DNA of 64,000 nucleotides, from positions 88,972,001 to 89,036,000 of the forward strand of contig OZ076409.1 of the NCBI GenBank assembly GCA_964187785.1, read 5' to 3'. The notes beneath the pieces were generated by a model that did no database searches, was not told the origin of the DNA, and saw nothing but the letters and a program-made list of their open reading frames with translations. Both the position numbers and the translations under genes were made by a program. This DNA is from Amphiscolops sp. MND2022 (Eukaryota). Below are positions 1-13,538 of this stretch, piece by piece (position 1 is the first letter of the stretch; every line of letters begins with the position of its first letter).

Positions 1-2300
1 TGTGTTCCGCCTGAAAAAATCTGGTTAAGGCTCTATTGTCAGTCAATTTGATGATGGGTTTCTTCGCACCCCCCGACAGAATGTGGCCAAATTCATCGAA
101 TACAAAGTGCATGGCTAAAAACTCCTTGGCATACATTGTTAGATACATTTGACCCCCTTGGAACTTCTTGGATCCAAAGGCGTCGGGGGGTTATGTTTGT
201 TTTGCTGACGACTCAGCATAATCTTCAATCAATAAAACATAGCCAACAGTGTGTTCGCTGGCATCACCCATTATCACCAATTGTTTATCAGGTAACGGTA
301 GTTTCAAAGACACTTTATTTGCTTTCAACAAACTTTCAATAATTTCAAAAATAGCGTCTTTATGTTGTTGTTCTAGTTTAAACGGGACGTCTTTCTTGAT
401 GAGTTCCTGTAAACAACAAATTTTATTGGCCTGACTGGGGATGTAAGACATGTAAAAGTTAACAAAACCGAGGTAACGTTGAAGTGCTTTTACAGAGTCC
501 GGGAGTTTCAGTTTTGTCAAAAAATCAGTTACTCATTTTTCAATGGGAGCAATGCCTGTACTTGAAATGGTCTTGCCTAAATACTCGATTTGTTTTTGTC
601 TAAATTCATACTTACCCATGCTTGGTTATAAACCTGATTTGTCCAGTTGCTGAAATACAAGTTCAAGGTTTGTAATCAGTTCTTCTGGGATGTGGGCTGC
701 ATTTCCAATATCATCAACATACTGGGCACATCGGTCCGCTTTGACCAAGGGATCCAAATCCTCGCGAAGTACACTTGTGAATGCTGATATAGAACGATTA
801 AGAACTTGTGCTAGACGTAAAAATGCAAAAGTTCTAGAATCAAAGTTGAAAGATAAGAGTTGAACTGGCTGGTCATCAGCCATGGGGGTGCAATAATAGG
901 CCTAGGAACAATCAAGTTTACAAAAGTACCTTTTCCCGGCCATGTGTTGAGCAGCGTTAGCAATAGTAGTTACGGGATGATTGTTTTTACCCTAATCGTT
1001 TTTTCTGAGGTTGTTTATTCTTCGCAAGTCAACTAAAATCCTCATTTTACCATAAGGTTTTCGCAGGGCAAAAATCGGTGAAGAGTATTTGCTATGAGGA
1101 AAGGTAGTTATTGTCCCATACTCTTGCATTAGAGCTAACTCCACGAGCAAATCGTCCTTCAAATTTGTCGGAGTAGAGAGACTTTGTGAATAAACAGGTT
1201 CTTTTTGTTCTGGTGTTAGTTTAACTTTAAAATCAGTATTCATGCCGATGTCAAAACGATGTCGAGCAAAAATGGAGTTGTACTTTACCAGCAATTCCTC
1301 TACCTGTAACCGTTGAGACGGAGTGAGAAGTGATTCGTCCCAGGTGAAGTTCTCCAGGGAGTTCATCCGTTGTTCATCGGATTGGGACGGGTCAAGCTTC
1401 TCGAGTTCTCGCAGTGCCAGAATCTCATCGTATATTCGTAGCTTACTCGCGTTGAGTTTGTCTGGCTCACTGCACGTCTCTGGTGTTGGGTACCACTTTG
1501 TAGCTTTCATGTCAGGGTTCACGAACAGTTGATTGATCACTGCTTCCGCCTCGTCTGGGTACTTGGTGATCAAGTTCAAGTGCTCCACTGGCAAGGGCGT
1601 GATGTTTGCCGCCTGATGTGGTGTCGGGATGCGGAAGTGTGCCAGAGTTGTGTTGGAATCAAATGTGAACGTGTGATTGTTCGGTTTGGCGACCTGGATT
1701 GTCGTCTTGCCCGCATATAGGTCAACCAACGTAGGTGAAACAAGCAAACACGTCTTCCGCATGAAGGCTGAAGACCCCTCAACTGTTCCAGTTGTAAGTG
1801 AGATGTCCGCGTCGCTGTGGACCTGTATTATCACTTGTTGGAGAGGAGGGATCACTGTATTAGCACTGGAACACAAATAAATTAACCCGGTTTTGAATTT
1901 GTTGATTTTTTGTTGTCGGACTTGCATGGACATCATGTGGTTGGGGATATGTACAAGGTGGTTTTTGATGTCTAGTTTTACTGAGTACTTTTCAAAAAAG
2001 GACATTCCGATTAAGATTGTTCCCATTGTGGGCAGGATTAAGAACGTTTCTCCAAAACACTTTTCCAATCAAGGTAAAATTTATGTAAGTTTTGCTTACG
2101 TACTGGGACTTAGTTCCCGTTTGCTATTTGAATATTGGAATTCGAGGGGGGGTTCTTTCTTGAAGGACGGCTTCGGGATGGGCCGTAGTTATTTTACGGA
2201 GTTCTGCTTCGGACAGTACGCTTTGAATTGCGCCTGTATCTAAAAGCGCGTGGTTTTCGTATTTATTGAACTGCAGGGGGACGTAAAGCATTTTATCTTT
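1..2300 (-). pseudogene. pol: Disrupted pol: aspartic protease, dUTPase-like linker, RT, RNase H
   Basis: ALLDTGA near 2250; ORF 992-2068 (ILIGMSFF flap, SKYSSPIF, RILVDLRRIN); QYVDDIG in ORF 626-883; LQRYLGFVNFY and DASEHTVGYVL in ORF 191-520. Confidence 0.93.
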
Positions 2301-3045
2301 CTTGTTTAAGTGAAAGGTGGGACGACTGAGTACGTGAACTTCGGTTTTAGTTGCATGTTTTTACTCCTAGGATGGTTACTACTGTTTTGACTTGCATGTT
2401 TCCTAATACTAAGCTGTATGTCGTTTGTAGTGTGTGAAGTCGTGTCGTCAGTTAGATGATTGAGGTTCATATCTTTGGCATCATCCACCTGCCTCATGGT
2501 GTTGTTTTGCCAGTTCATCGTTTTGTAACCGTGAATGTCAGCGAGTGGGGCGAATCGGCTACCAGTCTGGTAATTTGACTTTCCCATCGATTTACAACGT
2601 GATTGAGTCTTCGCTGATAGACGTCATCAGCTATCGATCGATTGTGAACGCTGCCAGGTCTTCATTGGACGTCTGAGATCAGTCTTGTAGTTCAGTTGAG
2701 TAGTGCCCGCGTCGGTTGTAGCGGTTGGAAATCGTGGCGTTGTTAAAAACCCTGATTGATGTCTTCATCAGTGTAGTGGTCCTGTTCATCGTCTTCGTCG
2801 GCTGCTTCCATCTGATTTATTGGTCGTTGTTGTCGTTTCAGATCTTGGCGTCTCGTCTTGTTGTCTTCCTGGGAATTTGTTGTGTAGGGTTTTTTTCCGT
2901 GAGCTGAGCTGCTCTCTTTTGGTACCCGTCGTCGACAATCTCGTGCTGAGTGTCATATGTACCCGCAGATTTGACATACCAGTTTGGTGTTGTACTTGGG
3001 TTTATCAGGATATGTCGGTTTCATCATCGGTATGGCATCTTCTTT

Positions 3046-3885
3046 TTAATGTCGTTTGGCTCTGCATTCTTTTTTTCTGTGACCTGTTTTGCCATAGTAA
3101 AAACACTGCCCTTCAAAATTCTTGCGTTGGGGCTGTGTCACTGCAGGTGCCGGTTTGTTTGTTGCGGTTGTAGTAGTGACCACGTTAAATGGCTGGATGT
3201 TTGCTGGTGGTGTTGTAAACTGTTGGTACTGATACTTACGCATTAGGTAAGTTTTGATTTCCTCGGGTGAACTCTCCTCTTTGTTTGCCATGGTGAGTTC
3301 TTGCTGAATTTCGACCGGTTATTTGCCGAACAGGAACATCTTGATTACCTTGTCAGCTTCTGTTCCAAAGGCTTTCTTGGCGGGCTTTTTCAGATTTTCG
3401 AGGAAATCGCTGAATGTTTCTGATGTGGGATCATATCTAGCTTGATCCCATTTGTAGCAGGCCAGTTCCTTGAGATCTACTTTGGCGAATCTTTTGAGCG
3501 TTGTGACTGGCGTGATTTGAATTGACTGCCAGTATTCTATGGCTTCATCTCTCAAGAGACTTTGAAAGAAGTGAAGCTTGTTCTCCTCAGTGATTTTATT
3601 TGCGAGTGGGCTCAGGTGGTTCAGTAGAAGGTGCTCGAATTCCGCGAATTTATCTTTCTGGCCTCTGAAGTTTGGGACGTGTGTCTGCAGTAGCTTGGTA
3701 TTTGTCGTTGTATTCTTGATACGCTGGGGGATTGTCTCAATGGTGTTCAAGAGTCGTTCTTCGTGGCTTCTTGGGGTTGCATATCCGTCGTCGTCGGTGT
3801 CGTCGTCATGATATTGGCGGATATTGGAGATTAATTTCGGTGCCGGGTGGGTGGAATGGTTCTCTGTAATTCCTGTTACCAACAA
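3046..3885 (-). pseudogene. gag: gag (capsid-like region plus degenerate zinc knuckle CFYYGKTGHRKKEC), split by a stop
   Basis: ORFs 3319-3885 (VPNFRGQKDKFAEFE...KLHFFQSLLRDEA) and 3046-3291. Confidence 0.88.
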
Positions 3886-3910
3886 AATCTGCTGATGGAT
3901 TTGCGATGAC

Positions 3911-4412
3911 CTTTCACTAAAGGCACCAATTTAGGCGTGATTTGCAGTAACTAGTCTAGTGGATGAGAAAAGGATGAACTTTTCTGTTTACGGGTCGCAT
4001 AAATTAGTATCGATGATTACAAGATGAGGATCTGTCACGACGGTCACCCTGAGGCGGGAGCTTTCGAATTAACTTAGAATTCCATCATTTTTCTGTCCGT
4101 CGGTCCAGTCTTACCGGAAAAACTGTTCTCCCTTTGTCGTGACAAACCACTTTTTTGAGTGTAGCACTTTTTTTGCTATAAGCATGATCATAATTGCGGG
4201 CACCGGAACTAGAATGCTCAATATTAGTTAATTGGGTAGCTCAAACTCAAGAGGGGAAATGTGATGAGGTAAAAGTAACGTAGAGTTGCGCACAACCATG
4301 GCTTTTATTATATGACTTCATATTGCCCATTTCTAAGTACATAAGACATAGTATTTACATTACAGATATTTAGTAGGTTATATTTCCATCATGCTGGCAT
4401 GACACCTCTACA
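3911..4412 (-). repeat. 5' LTR (~3929-4412) and PBS TGGTGCCTTTAGTGAAAG (3911-3928)
   Basis: TGG-initial PBS upstream of gag, resembling the elongator tRNA-Met 3' end. TGT start at 4412 (or 4404). No sister LTR in the window to confirm the ends. Confidence 0.6.
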
Positions 4413-5378
4413 CTTTTTTGTTAATTATGTTGCTACTTCAACACATATTCACCTATCTCGTACCGAATATTTGCTGAACACACTTTCGATACATTTCTGC
4501 AGCTTTTGAGCAATTGAACGGGAGTCCGCTGTGATTGTTTCTGCTTGTTCACTAAACGTTTTCTTTAGGCCAAAGTAGGCGCCCGATGAAGTTTTAATTA
4601 AACAGAGTAAAGTGTGATAACTAGGTAAACGACATTGTTTGAATTTTTCAAATCGAATTTACATTTGCAAAAAATACCTGAAGGGATACATAGAAGAATC
4701 GAAATCAGTTTTTTTCTAATTCGAAAAATCAAAAACTTTTGAAAATTTCTCTGTTTTTTCGTGAGAAAAAAGTCGTGTCGTCAGTTAGATGTTTGAGGTT
4801 CATATCTTTGGCATCATCCACCTGCCTCATGGTGTTGTTTTGCCAGTTCATCGTTTTGTAACCGTGAATGTCAGCGAGTGGGGCGAATCGGCTACCAGTC
4901 TGGTAATTTGACTTTCCCATCGATTTACAACGTGATTGAGTCTTCGCTGATAGACGTCATCAGCTATCGATCGATTGTGAACGCTGCCAGGTCTTCATTG
5001 GACGTCTGAGATCAGTCTTGTAGTTCAGTTGAGTAGTGCCCGCGTCGGTTGTAGCGGTTGGAAATCGTGGCGTTGTTAAAAACCCTGATTGATGTCTTCA
5101 TCAGTGTAGTGGTCCTGTTCATCGTCTTCGTCGGCTGCTTCCATCTGATTTATTGGTCGTTGTTGTCGTTTCAGATCTTGGCGTCTCGTCTTGTTGTCTT
5201 CCTGGGAATTTGTTGTGTAGGGTTTTTTTCCGTGAGCTGAGCTGCTCTCTTTTGGTACCCGTCGTCGACAATCTCGTGCTGAGTGTCATATGTACCCGCA
5301 GATTTGACATACCAGTTTGGTGTTGTACTTGGGTTTATCAGGATATGTCGGTTTCATCATCGGTATGGCATCTTCTTT

Positions 5379-6218
5379 TTAATGTCGTTTGGCTCTGCAT
5401 TCTTTTTTTCTGTGACCTGTTTTGCCATAGTAAAAACACTGCCCTTCAAAATTCTTGCGTTGGGGCTGTGTCACTGCAGGTGCCGGTTTGTTTGTTGCGG
5501 TTGTAGTAGTGACCACGTTAAATGGCTGGATGTTTGCTGGTGGTGTTGTAAACTGTTGGTACTGATACTTACGCATTAGGTAAGTTTTGATTTCCTCGGG
5601 TGAACTCTCCTCTTTGTTTGCCATGGTGAGTTCTTGCTGAATTTCGACCGGTTATTTGCCGAACAGGAACATCTTGATTACCTTGTCAGCTTCTGTTCCA
5701 AAGGCTTTCCTGGCGGGCTTTTTCAGATTTTCGAGGAAATCGCTGAATGTTTCTGATGTGGGATCATATCTAGCTTGATCCCATTTGTAGCAGGCCACTT
5801 CATTGAGATCTACTTTGGCGAATCTTTTGAGCGTTGTGACTGGCGTGATTTGAATTGACTGCCAGTATTCTATGGCTTCATCTCTCAAGAGACTTTGAAA
5901 GAAGTGAAGCTTGTTCTCCTCAGTGATTTTATTTGCGAGTGGGCTCAGGTGGTTCAGTAGAAGGTGCTCGAATTCCGCGAATTTATCTTTCTGGCCTCTG
6001 AAGTTTGGGACGTGTGTCTGCAGTAGCTTGGTATTTGTCGTTGTATTCTTGATACGCTGGGGGATTGTCTCAATGGTGTTCAAGAGTCGTTCTTCGTGGC
6101 TTCTTGGGGTTGCATATCCGTCGTCGTCGGTGTCGTCGTCATGATATTGGCGGATATTGGAGATTAATTTCGGTGCCGGGTGGGTGGAATGGTTCTCTGT
6201 AATTCCTGTTACCAACAA
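5379..6218 (-). pseudogene. gag: Duplicated gag copy
   Basis: Near-identical to 3046-3885. Confidence 0.88.
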
Positions 6219-7039
6219 AATCTGCTGATGGATTTGCGATGACCTTTCACTAAAGGCACCAATTTAGGCGTGATTTGCAGTAACTAGTCTAGTGGATGAG
6301 AAAAGGATGAACTTTTCTGTTTACGGGTCGCATAAATTAGTATCGATGATTACAAGATGAGGATCTGTCACGACGGTCACCCTGAGGCGGGAGCTTTCGA
6401 AGTAACTTAGAATTCCATCATTTTTCTGTCCGTCGGTCCAGTCTTACCGGAAAAACTATTCTCCCTTTGTCGTGACAAACCACTTTTTTGAGTGTAGCAC
6501 TTTTTTTGCTATAAGCATGATCATAATTGCGGGCACCGGAACTAGAATGCTCAATATTAGTTAATTGGGTAGCTCAAACTCAAGAGGGGAAATGTGATGA
6601 GGTAAAAGTAACGTAGAGTTGCGCACAACCATGGCTTTTATTATATGACTTCATATTGCCCATTTCTAAGTACATAAGACATAGTATTTACATTACAGAT
6701 ATTTAGTAGGTTATATTTCCATCATGCTGGCATGACACCTCTACACTTTTTTGTTAATTATGTTGCTACTTCAACACATATTCACCTATCTCGTACCGAA
6801 TATTTGCTGAACACACTTTCGATACATTTCTGCAGCTTTTGAGCAATTAAATGGGAGTCCGCTGTGATTGTTTCTGCTTGTTCACTAAACGTTTTCTTTA
6901 GGCCAAAGTAGGCGCCCGATGAAGTTTTAATTAAACAGAGTAAAGTGTGATAACTAGGTAAACGACATTGTTTGAATTTTTCAAATCGAATTTACATTTG
7001 CAAAAAATACCTGAAGGGATACATAGAAGAATCGAAATC

Positions 7040-7972
7040 AGCTTTTTTCTAATTCGAAAAATCAAAAACTTTTGAAAATTTCTCTGTTTTTTGGAAAAAG
7101 TTCCATAATGTCAGAAACCCAAGAAGAGGCCTTTATTTTTGCAAAGGGCTCTTTCCAAAACTAAATTTCTTCTTACCCAATGATAAAATGTTTCAAAAAA
7201 ACGCACAGTGCCGAAAAAAGCCGTTTTCAGTAAAAAGCCGTCATCAGTAACACAGGATCAAATAATATTCTAAGAAGTCACGCTTAAGACTAAATCGAAA
7301 ACCTCAAAAAAAAACAAAAATGTGTGAAGTTTGTCTGTGGTTTTCGAAAACTTTCAAGAAATTTTAGCAAACAACAATTCTTGGGTAGGCCGCATAGGGT
7401 CAAAAAACCCTAAGGGGGACTCTTCGGTCTTTTCTCCCCATCAGGCAGCATTTTAAAAAACGGTTTAATGCTGGACTCGAACACATGCACTGCTACTTGC
7501 ACCGTCACAAGGTCTGCAGAGCTGCGTTAATCGCTGCTCCAAAAGACGGGAGCCAGTTCGCAACTGACAATTTAAAACCCTACCGAAAACTGTCAGCTCA
7601 GAGGTCAAAAATTTTCTTCTTTCGAAAAGAATCCCTGTTAAAAAACCATAAATGAAAAATTTTAAGGCCGCTGATCGGTTTTCCAAATCAAATACTTCAA
7701 AAAATCGAAGGCGATATCATTTGATCAAATTCAACATTTCCGCAAAAATTGCAGAGCGCCGAAAAAAACAAAAGATATCAAAAGAGTTGGTCTCTTTGGT
7801 CATATTCACTTTTGCTAAGCCTACATAAAAATTGTCCATCCTGGGATTCGAACGCGTCAAGTCTGGCACTCATCCAAGATGGGGCTGGAGTAACTTACAG
7901 AAACTTTGGGAATTCTGCCAGTTCGCTGGTCATTAAAATGTCACCACTATAGTTTTACAAAAAGCGCCGACT
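7040..7972 (-). mobile_element. HINE/Helentron-type non-autonomous element, diverged copy
   Basis: Terminal AAAGCGCCGACT at 7961-7972 and internal CGCACAGTGCCGAAAAAA / GGGGGAC motifs. Left boundary approximate. Confidence 0.6.
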
Positions 7973-8599
7973 GAGCAGAGGTTGAGATGAATCCTAAGAT
8001 CCGCAATGTATCAGAATAAACCATTAAAGTGAATGGACATCGAAAAAAGAAAATGTTTCAAATAATATAAAAAGAAAAGTTAAACAATAGCGATGGCACT
8101 TCTCGATTTCTCAGAAATTTTTCGGTTTCTCGGCTGTTGCTTTTTCTAGTGAAAAGCTGTTAAACATGTCAGAATGAAGTCAATGTGTGGCATATGTGAT
8201 TCTGAGCTGTAACTCCGACAGCTAAGTACCAGTCAAATCTTACAAACGTATTCGAGACACAATGCAACAATCTACACTTTGTTGCCAGAGAAAGTTGAAA
8301 CGACATTATACTTCTCATACAATTCTACCTTAGCCGGTCAGATTAAAGAAGTTGATCACACCTAAAAGTTGCCGAAGTTCCGCAAGTAAGGAATCAATGG
8401 AGAATAACAGTATAAAATCAGCGAATGCCAACCAGAAAACAACAATGCGTTTTTTTTCGAAAATTATAGTGTACAAGAAGCCAATTATGGTGCAAACGTT
8501 TCATGCAATTTGTCAAAATGACACACGACTTCGATTTTACTACAATGACCACTAATAAGGAAATGTTTAATGAACTATGAGATAACTTGGAATTTCGAG

Positions 8600-10540
8600 A
8601 GGATTGATTTGGGCACTGGATGAAGCACCGGTAACTGAAATGACTTAAACCGTTAGAGTCAACAACCCGAATCGCAGGGTTAATAATCAACATTATCAGC
8701 TTTTCCGAGTGTACTTAATGAAATAAATTCCACAGCAGAGCGGATTTCTTCGGTGTCAGAAAAACAAATGGAACTGCCGAAGAATTGAAGACACGTGTAC
8801 TGGAAACGGAGGAAAACCGCAAAATTGATGAGGTAAAATCTGCTCAAATCAATTGCTCCACAATTTTTATCACTAATAGGCAGCTCAACAGGAGGCAACG
8901 AACTAAAGAAAAAGATCAAGAAATTTAAAATGCCAATCCAGACGGTAACTGATCTAATAAAAAACGAATACGAGTGAAAGTATTGAACTATCCAAATAGC
9001 TCAAATTATGAAAGGGGAGTACACCTTCAAGAAAAACCATATGAACTAAAGCAAATGGAACTTTCAGTTACAATAGATCAATAAAACGGAACATCCAAGA
9101 ACAAAAAACCAAAAGACAATAGTTGCGGACAGTGTGATGCGCCAATCTGGTCGCGAAAAACAATTTCCTAGCAAAATCAGTTTAATGTGGAAAATGTAGA
9201 AAGAGGGACACTCCGAAAAGATGTGCAAACTGTCCACACGAACACAATACATTACGAAAGCAACCACCCCAGCAGAAGACAACATGGAAAACGAGTTCTT
9301 TTTCATTTAAAAGAACTGAACAATAACAAAACGAAGAACGAATATTACTACGAAACACTATTAGTCTATAACAATCAAATCAATTTCATATTAGTCAGTG
9401 GACCACCAATCACACAATTTTCCTCAACGTTATTCAACGACATTTTAAAAATTTAACCACATAGAACTAATCACAACAAAACAATCAAAGTAACCTTAGA
9501 TTCAACAAACCTAAACGAAAAATTAACAGACGAACGACCAATTGCCAATCATGGGAGAAAATATTTGTTGTACATTTCAAGCAACGAAACTCAACATCGC
9601 TTTTGCGTATGAACAAAGCAAATGGGATAAGAACACAGAGAATCTATAAATAATTTCGGTCACCCCAATCCCCAAAACAGGATACTACCTGAAAACTTTT
9701 CACGGACATGCAGACATACCAATAGTTTTGCAAAAAATGGTTTTATGACAACATAATTGTGACAAAAAGAGATCAAGCTAAACGCGGAATGGAAATATGG
9801 TAAAAATGACCCAACTGGAAACTGCATAATACAGATTGAACCCGATGAAAGAATTGTCGAGACATAATTTCGAACAGAAAAAGAAAAATCACTTTGAAAC
9901 AACTTAGACACAACCAGAGAAATGTATACCAAACAAAACAGATTCAAAATGTTTCCTGTATCCTTTCAAAGCTCTCTTGATACACTGACAAAGACAAAGT
10001 GTCTGCACAAACAGATTTTTTTGAGAAAAGTACTGATGAAAAATAGACCAGAATTTGACAGTAAAAGCCTTCAATGAAGTCAAAAGCTCATACCAAGATT
10101 ACGATGTCTCGCATAATAAAGTTCGAAAAGCGAAAATTTATTAACTACAGCAGCGTGAAGAAAATGAATGGGGAAATCACACGATTGACACTCGAAAACA
10201 TACGCTGGATGCATTGGAAAAACGGATGCCGTCGATAAACGAAGGACCGTTGCAAGGAATGGAAAAATTCGGAACAAGACCGAAGAACAAAACAAGTGGA
10301 AAGCGACCATGTAGAAGACCTTTTTGACCCTCATTTTTAGTTTGTACGTTATACTAGAAAAAATCAAATCCGGCGAAAAGAAGGAGTGCATTAACTTCAA
10401 AAGAATATCAAGGAATTTTCAAAAGTCCGAACATAGAAAGAGAACATTGCACAACCCGAATACACACGGGAAACCGAGAGGTAGAACGAGCAGTACAAAC
10501 TTTGAAAACTATTTTATAGCAAACATGGAAGACCATTTTA
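8600..10540 (+). mobile_element. Highly decayed Gypsy remnant (gag knuckle, protease, integrase fragment)
   Basis: CxxCxKRGHxxKMC-like at ~9190-9230; FILVSGPPIT (degenerate DSGSP) at ~9390; VERAVQTLK integrase motif at ~10480. Related to the 27154-33433 lineage. Confidence 0.7.
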
Positions 10541-10699
10541 TATGGATGCTCTGTTGCCCCACTATGAGCTTTGAAACCAATTTCAAACTGGTACAGTTGC
10601 AGCATCAGCATCATGAGCGGACGGTAGCTGAATTCAGATTTTTCAGATATTTCATAACGGCTTGCGATCGCAAAAAAAATCAATCCGGTTACCAGCAAA

Positions 10700-12450
10700 T
10701 GTGTGTATGATCAGAGGTAACAACCGCAAATACTTTCTTCTATCGAATTACAGAAATTGAAATAGCTTATCTAATTGCGACATTGAAAAACACAAATTCG
10801 CTGTAGGATCGGATGATATAAGTTCAAAAGCTTGGAAAGAGGCTGTCCCAATCAAAAGTTCATATTTGAAAACTGTTTTCAATAAATGCATAGCAGAATG
10901 CGTTTTTCGAAGGAGTTTAAAAATTGGTAAAGTTGTTCCAATTTTCAAAGCAGGTACTATGGAACTGACCTCGAATTATAGACCAATTTCAATTTTGGGA
11001 AATCTGTCAGAGATATTTGAGAAAATAGTATACAAAAGATTGATGAATTATCTTGAACAAGTTTCAATTCTTTCAGAAAATCAGTTCGGGTTAAGAAAAA
11101 AGATTCAACACAAATATTCAATGGAAAAAAGAACCAGCGAATTGGAACGCCGAAATGATAACACAATGTATTTTTGTGGACTTCCAAAAACTGTTTGACT
11201 CAGTAGATCACGACGTAAATTATTACTATAAAAATTGTACCATTTGGTGTTAGAGGTAATTCCCATAAACTAGTAGCAACTTTTTTAGCTGATAGGTTTC
11301 AATATGTGAGAGTAGTTGATAAAAGTTCAGCTATGAAATAAATCAGACGATGTGTCCCGCAAAGATCAATACTAGGTCCTTTATTATTGCTTATTTATGT
11401 TCATGATCTCGGTACAGACAAGAATTGGCAGTGTGAAGTTATATAATACGCAGATGATACTGTTTTGATTGAAACGTTAGATCATAAATCTGAGAATAGA
11501 AAGGTCCTTGAGTGCTGGATGTCTAGAAACGGTATAGATTGTAACTACATCAAAACTAAGATTGGCGTTTTTGAGAAAAGATCAATTAAACAATCAAGCA
11601 TTGTAATTGGTGACCATGAACTTTCCTGCTTATAAAAATACAAATACTTGGGCTTACATTTCGACAAAAAATTTCAAACTTGTGACACGTTTAAAAAAAG
11701 TCCTAAAGCTAGCGCAATATTGCAGCACACTGTACAAACTCAGGAAATACTAAATATAGGCCAATTTCTCCCATATATTCGATATTAGATATCACCGATA
11801 GTTCATTATGGCATTCTTTTGTACGGATTAGGAGCAAAAAAGCAGGCGAAAATCCTATTATTCAAAAAAACTAATTCGAATTGCCTTACGGCTTTCCCGC
11901 TGGGCCAGCGTTTGGGGAAAATTCAATGAACTGAAAACTGGAACTGTATTTGAATATCATATCTATGAACTATTTAATGTTTTAAGGGCGAAAATCAGAA
12001 ATGGTTTACAGACTCTTACTATTGGATTTCAACAGAGAAAAACAAGAAATAAAAAATTTAATATTTGGAATTTTTCGGAAATATGATATGCTAGACACTC
12101 GAGGAATGAAACTGATGAATGCACTACGTCAATGGGATGTCTTACTTTCGGTTAAATTGATATTTGAAATGGATGATAACCAGTTTGAAAAGTGGCATCA
12201 CAAATTATAGGATCTCTGTACTTTTGGAAATGGGGAACTTACGAAGCTTATCTACAAGTAACCGAAAACTCTGTGGAGCGTTTACTTTATCGCAAGATTC
12301 ATTTTTTCAAAACAAAGAATCATTAACTTTTTGCTGACTATGTGAAGGAATTTTTAACTAATATATACATTCCCATTGCAGCCAATGAACTACCGGTTCT
12401 TGTTAAGAAAAGCTTGATCTCATACTGCTTTAGAGGAAAAAAATAAATTC
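10700..12450 (+). mobile_element. 5'-truncated LINE (CR1/L2-group) RT remnant
   Basis: KVVPIFKAG, NYRPISIL, FEKIVYKRL, ENQFG, FDSVDH, VPQxSILGP (~11355), YADDT (~11448), YKYLGLHFD (~11640). Frameshifted. Confidence 0.92.
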
Positions 12451-12819
12451 CACATTGAGAAAATTAGACGTTTAATCTTGTTAGTAGAACAGTTCGATAT
12501 TATCCAAAAATTGATATTTCCGGCTAGAAGGAACTGATCAAGTTCGTTACAAGTGAATGACAATTGAGTACTACATGTGACTTCCTGTGAAATCACTACC
12601 ACACACACAAAAAAAATATTTTTGTTGCAAAAATAATTATCCTTCTTGAAAAGCCAAGTTGTTTTAGGGGTCCTTTTCAGGGGCTGAGTTGTAAATTCGT
12701 TTCGATTAATTTAATATATTGTCTGTTTTTTATGCCTTCTGATAAATTGAATTATCATATTATTATTAGATATAGGGTTTGATAGTTGTTTGTTTAGGAA
12801 AATGCGTCTAACAATCGGA

Positions 12820-13348
12820 TATCGGTCTTTTTTCGTTTTCGTGCGACCTTACAGGCGAATGTTGGGTGTTCGAATCGAATCAACGCTGTGGACACCTTTT
12901 TTTGTCAAACTGAGTCGAACTAATTTCACTTTTTGATATAACGCATCTAACATATATTGTAATTCAAATATAACGTATGTGAGTGTTCCTAGACTTTTTT
13001 GTAGACGGACACTTCGGTCTCAAGAAGAACTCATTGACCTCCCTTGTATCTACGCTAACTGATGGCTTTACTTGATAGTTTTAACAGATGGTTTTACCAA
13101 CTAGAAAAAATCAAAAGGTTTCCAACTTCATTTTTGACTTCGTGCGACTTTTTTGGAAGATTTTTGCCATTTTATAGAAAGTCTTCTGTTTAGTTTTTTT
13201 GTTAAACTGCTTTGGAACAGACTTCCTTCCATTAATAGAAAACTTTGTAAAGATTTCCGTCAGTGTGCGATTTTGCAGACTTCTCATAAAAACAGCGCTT
13301 TCTAAGAATTTAGCGGGATGCCGCCTTTAGACCTTCTTGTCTTGTTTT
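12820..13348 (+). mobile_element. Old HINE-type copy (3' end recognisable)
   Basis: GCCGCCTTTAGACCTTCTTGTCTTGTT at ~13320-13346 matches the family 3' end GCCGACTTTAGACGTTCTCGTCTTGTT; internal GTGCGACTTTTTT motif. Confidence 0.5.
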
Positions 13349-13538
13349 TCTCAAAATACGCACTTTCTACATCGAATTTTTGTCGTGTTTCATTAGGTTT
13401 GGCCAAGAAGGTGGTGGAAGTACTCATTATAAAATTACCATTTCGGTTCATTTTATGCTTGAATTTGTTTACAGATTATTTATTTTTTTCCGAAAATTTC
13501 GTTACTTTTCTTTTTCAAACAACTGATGTTTGAAAGTA

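Larger units (their letters stand above)
1..4412 (-). mobile_element. Gypsy (Metaviridae) LTR retrotransposon, 5' part; continues past the window's left edge
   Basis: On the minus strand the order is LTR, PBS, gag with CCHC-like knuckle, protease ALLDTGAIQS (~2250), RT, RNase H. Frameshifts and stops are present. Confidence 0.95.
2438..7092. repeat. Tandem segmental duplication, period 2333 bp (2438-4770 / 4771-7092)
   Basis: Identical ORFs are offset by 2333 (e.g. 2725/5058, 3319/5652). About 9 substitutions seen by eye. Confidence 0.97.

Noticed and set aside
3929..6745. Small two-LTR element formed by LTRs at 3929-4412 and 6262-6745
   Set aside because: The identity extends well beyond the LTR on both sides; it is a segmental tandem duplication.
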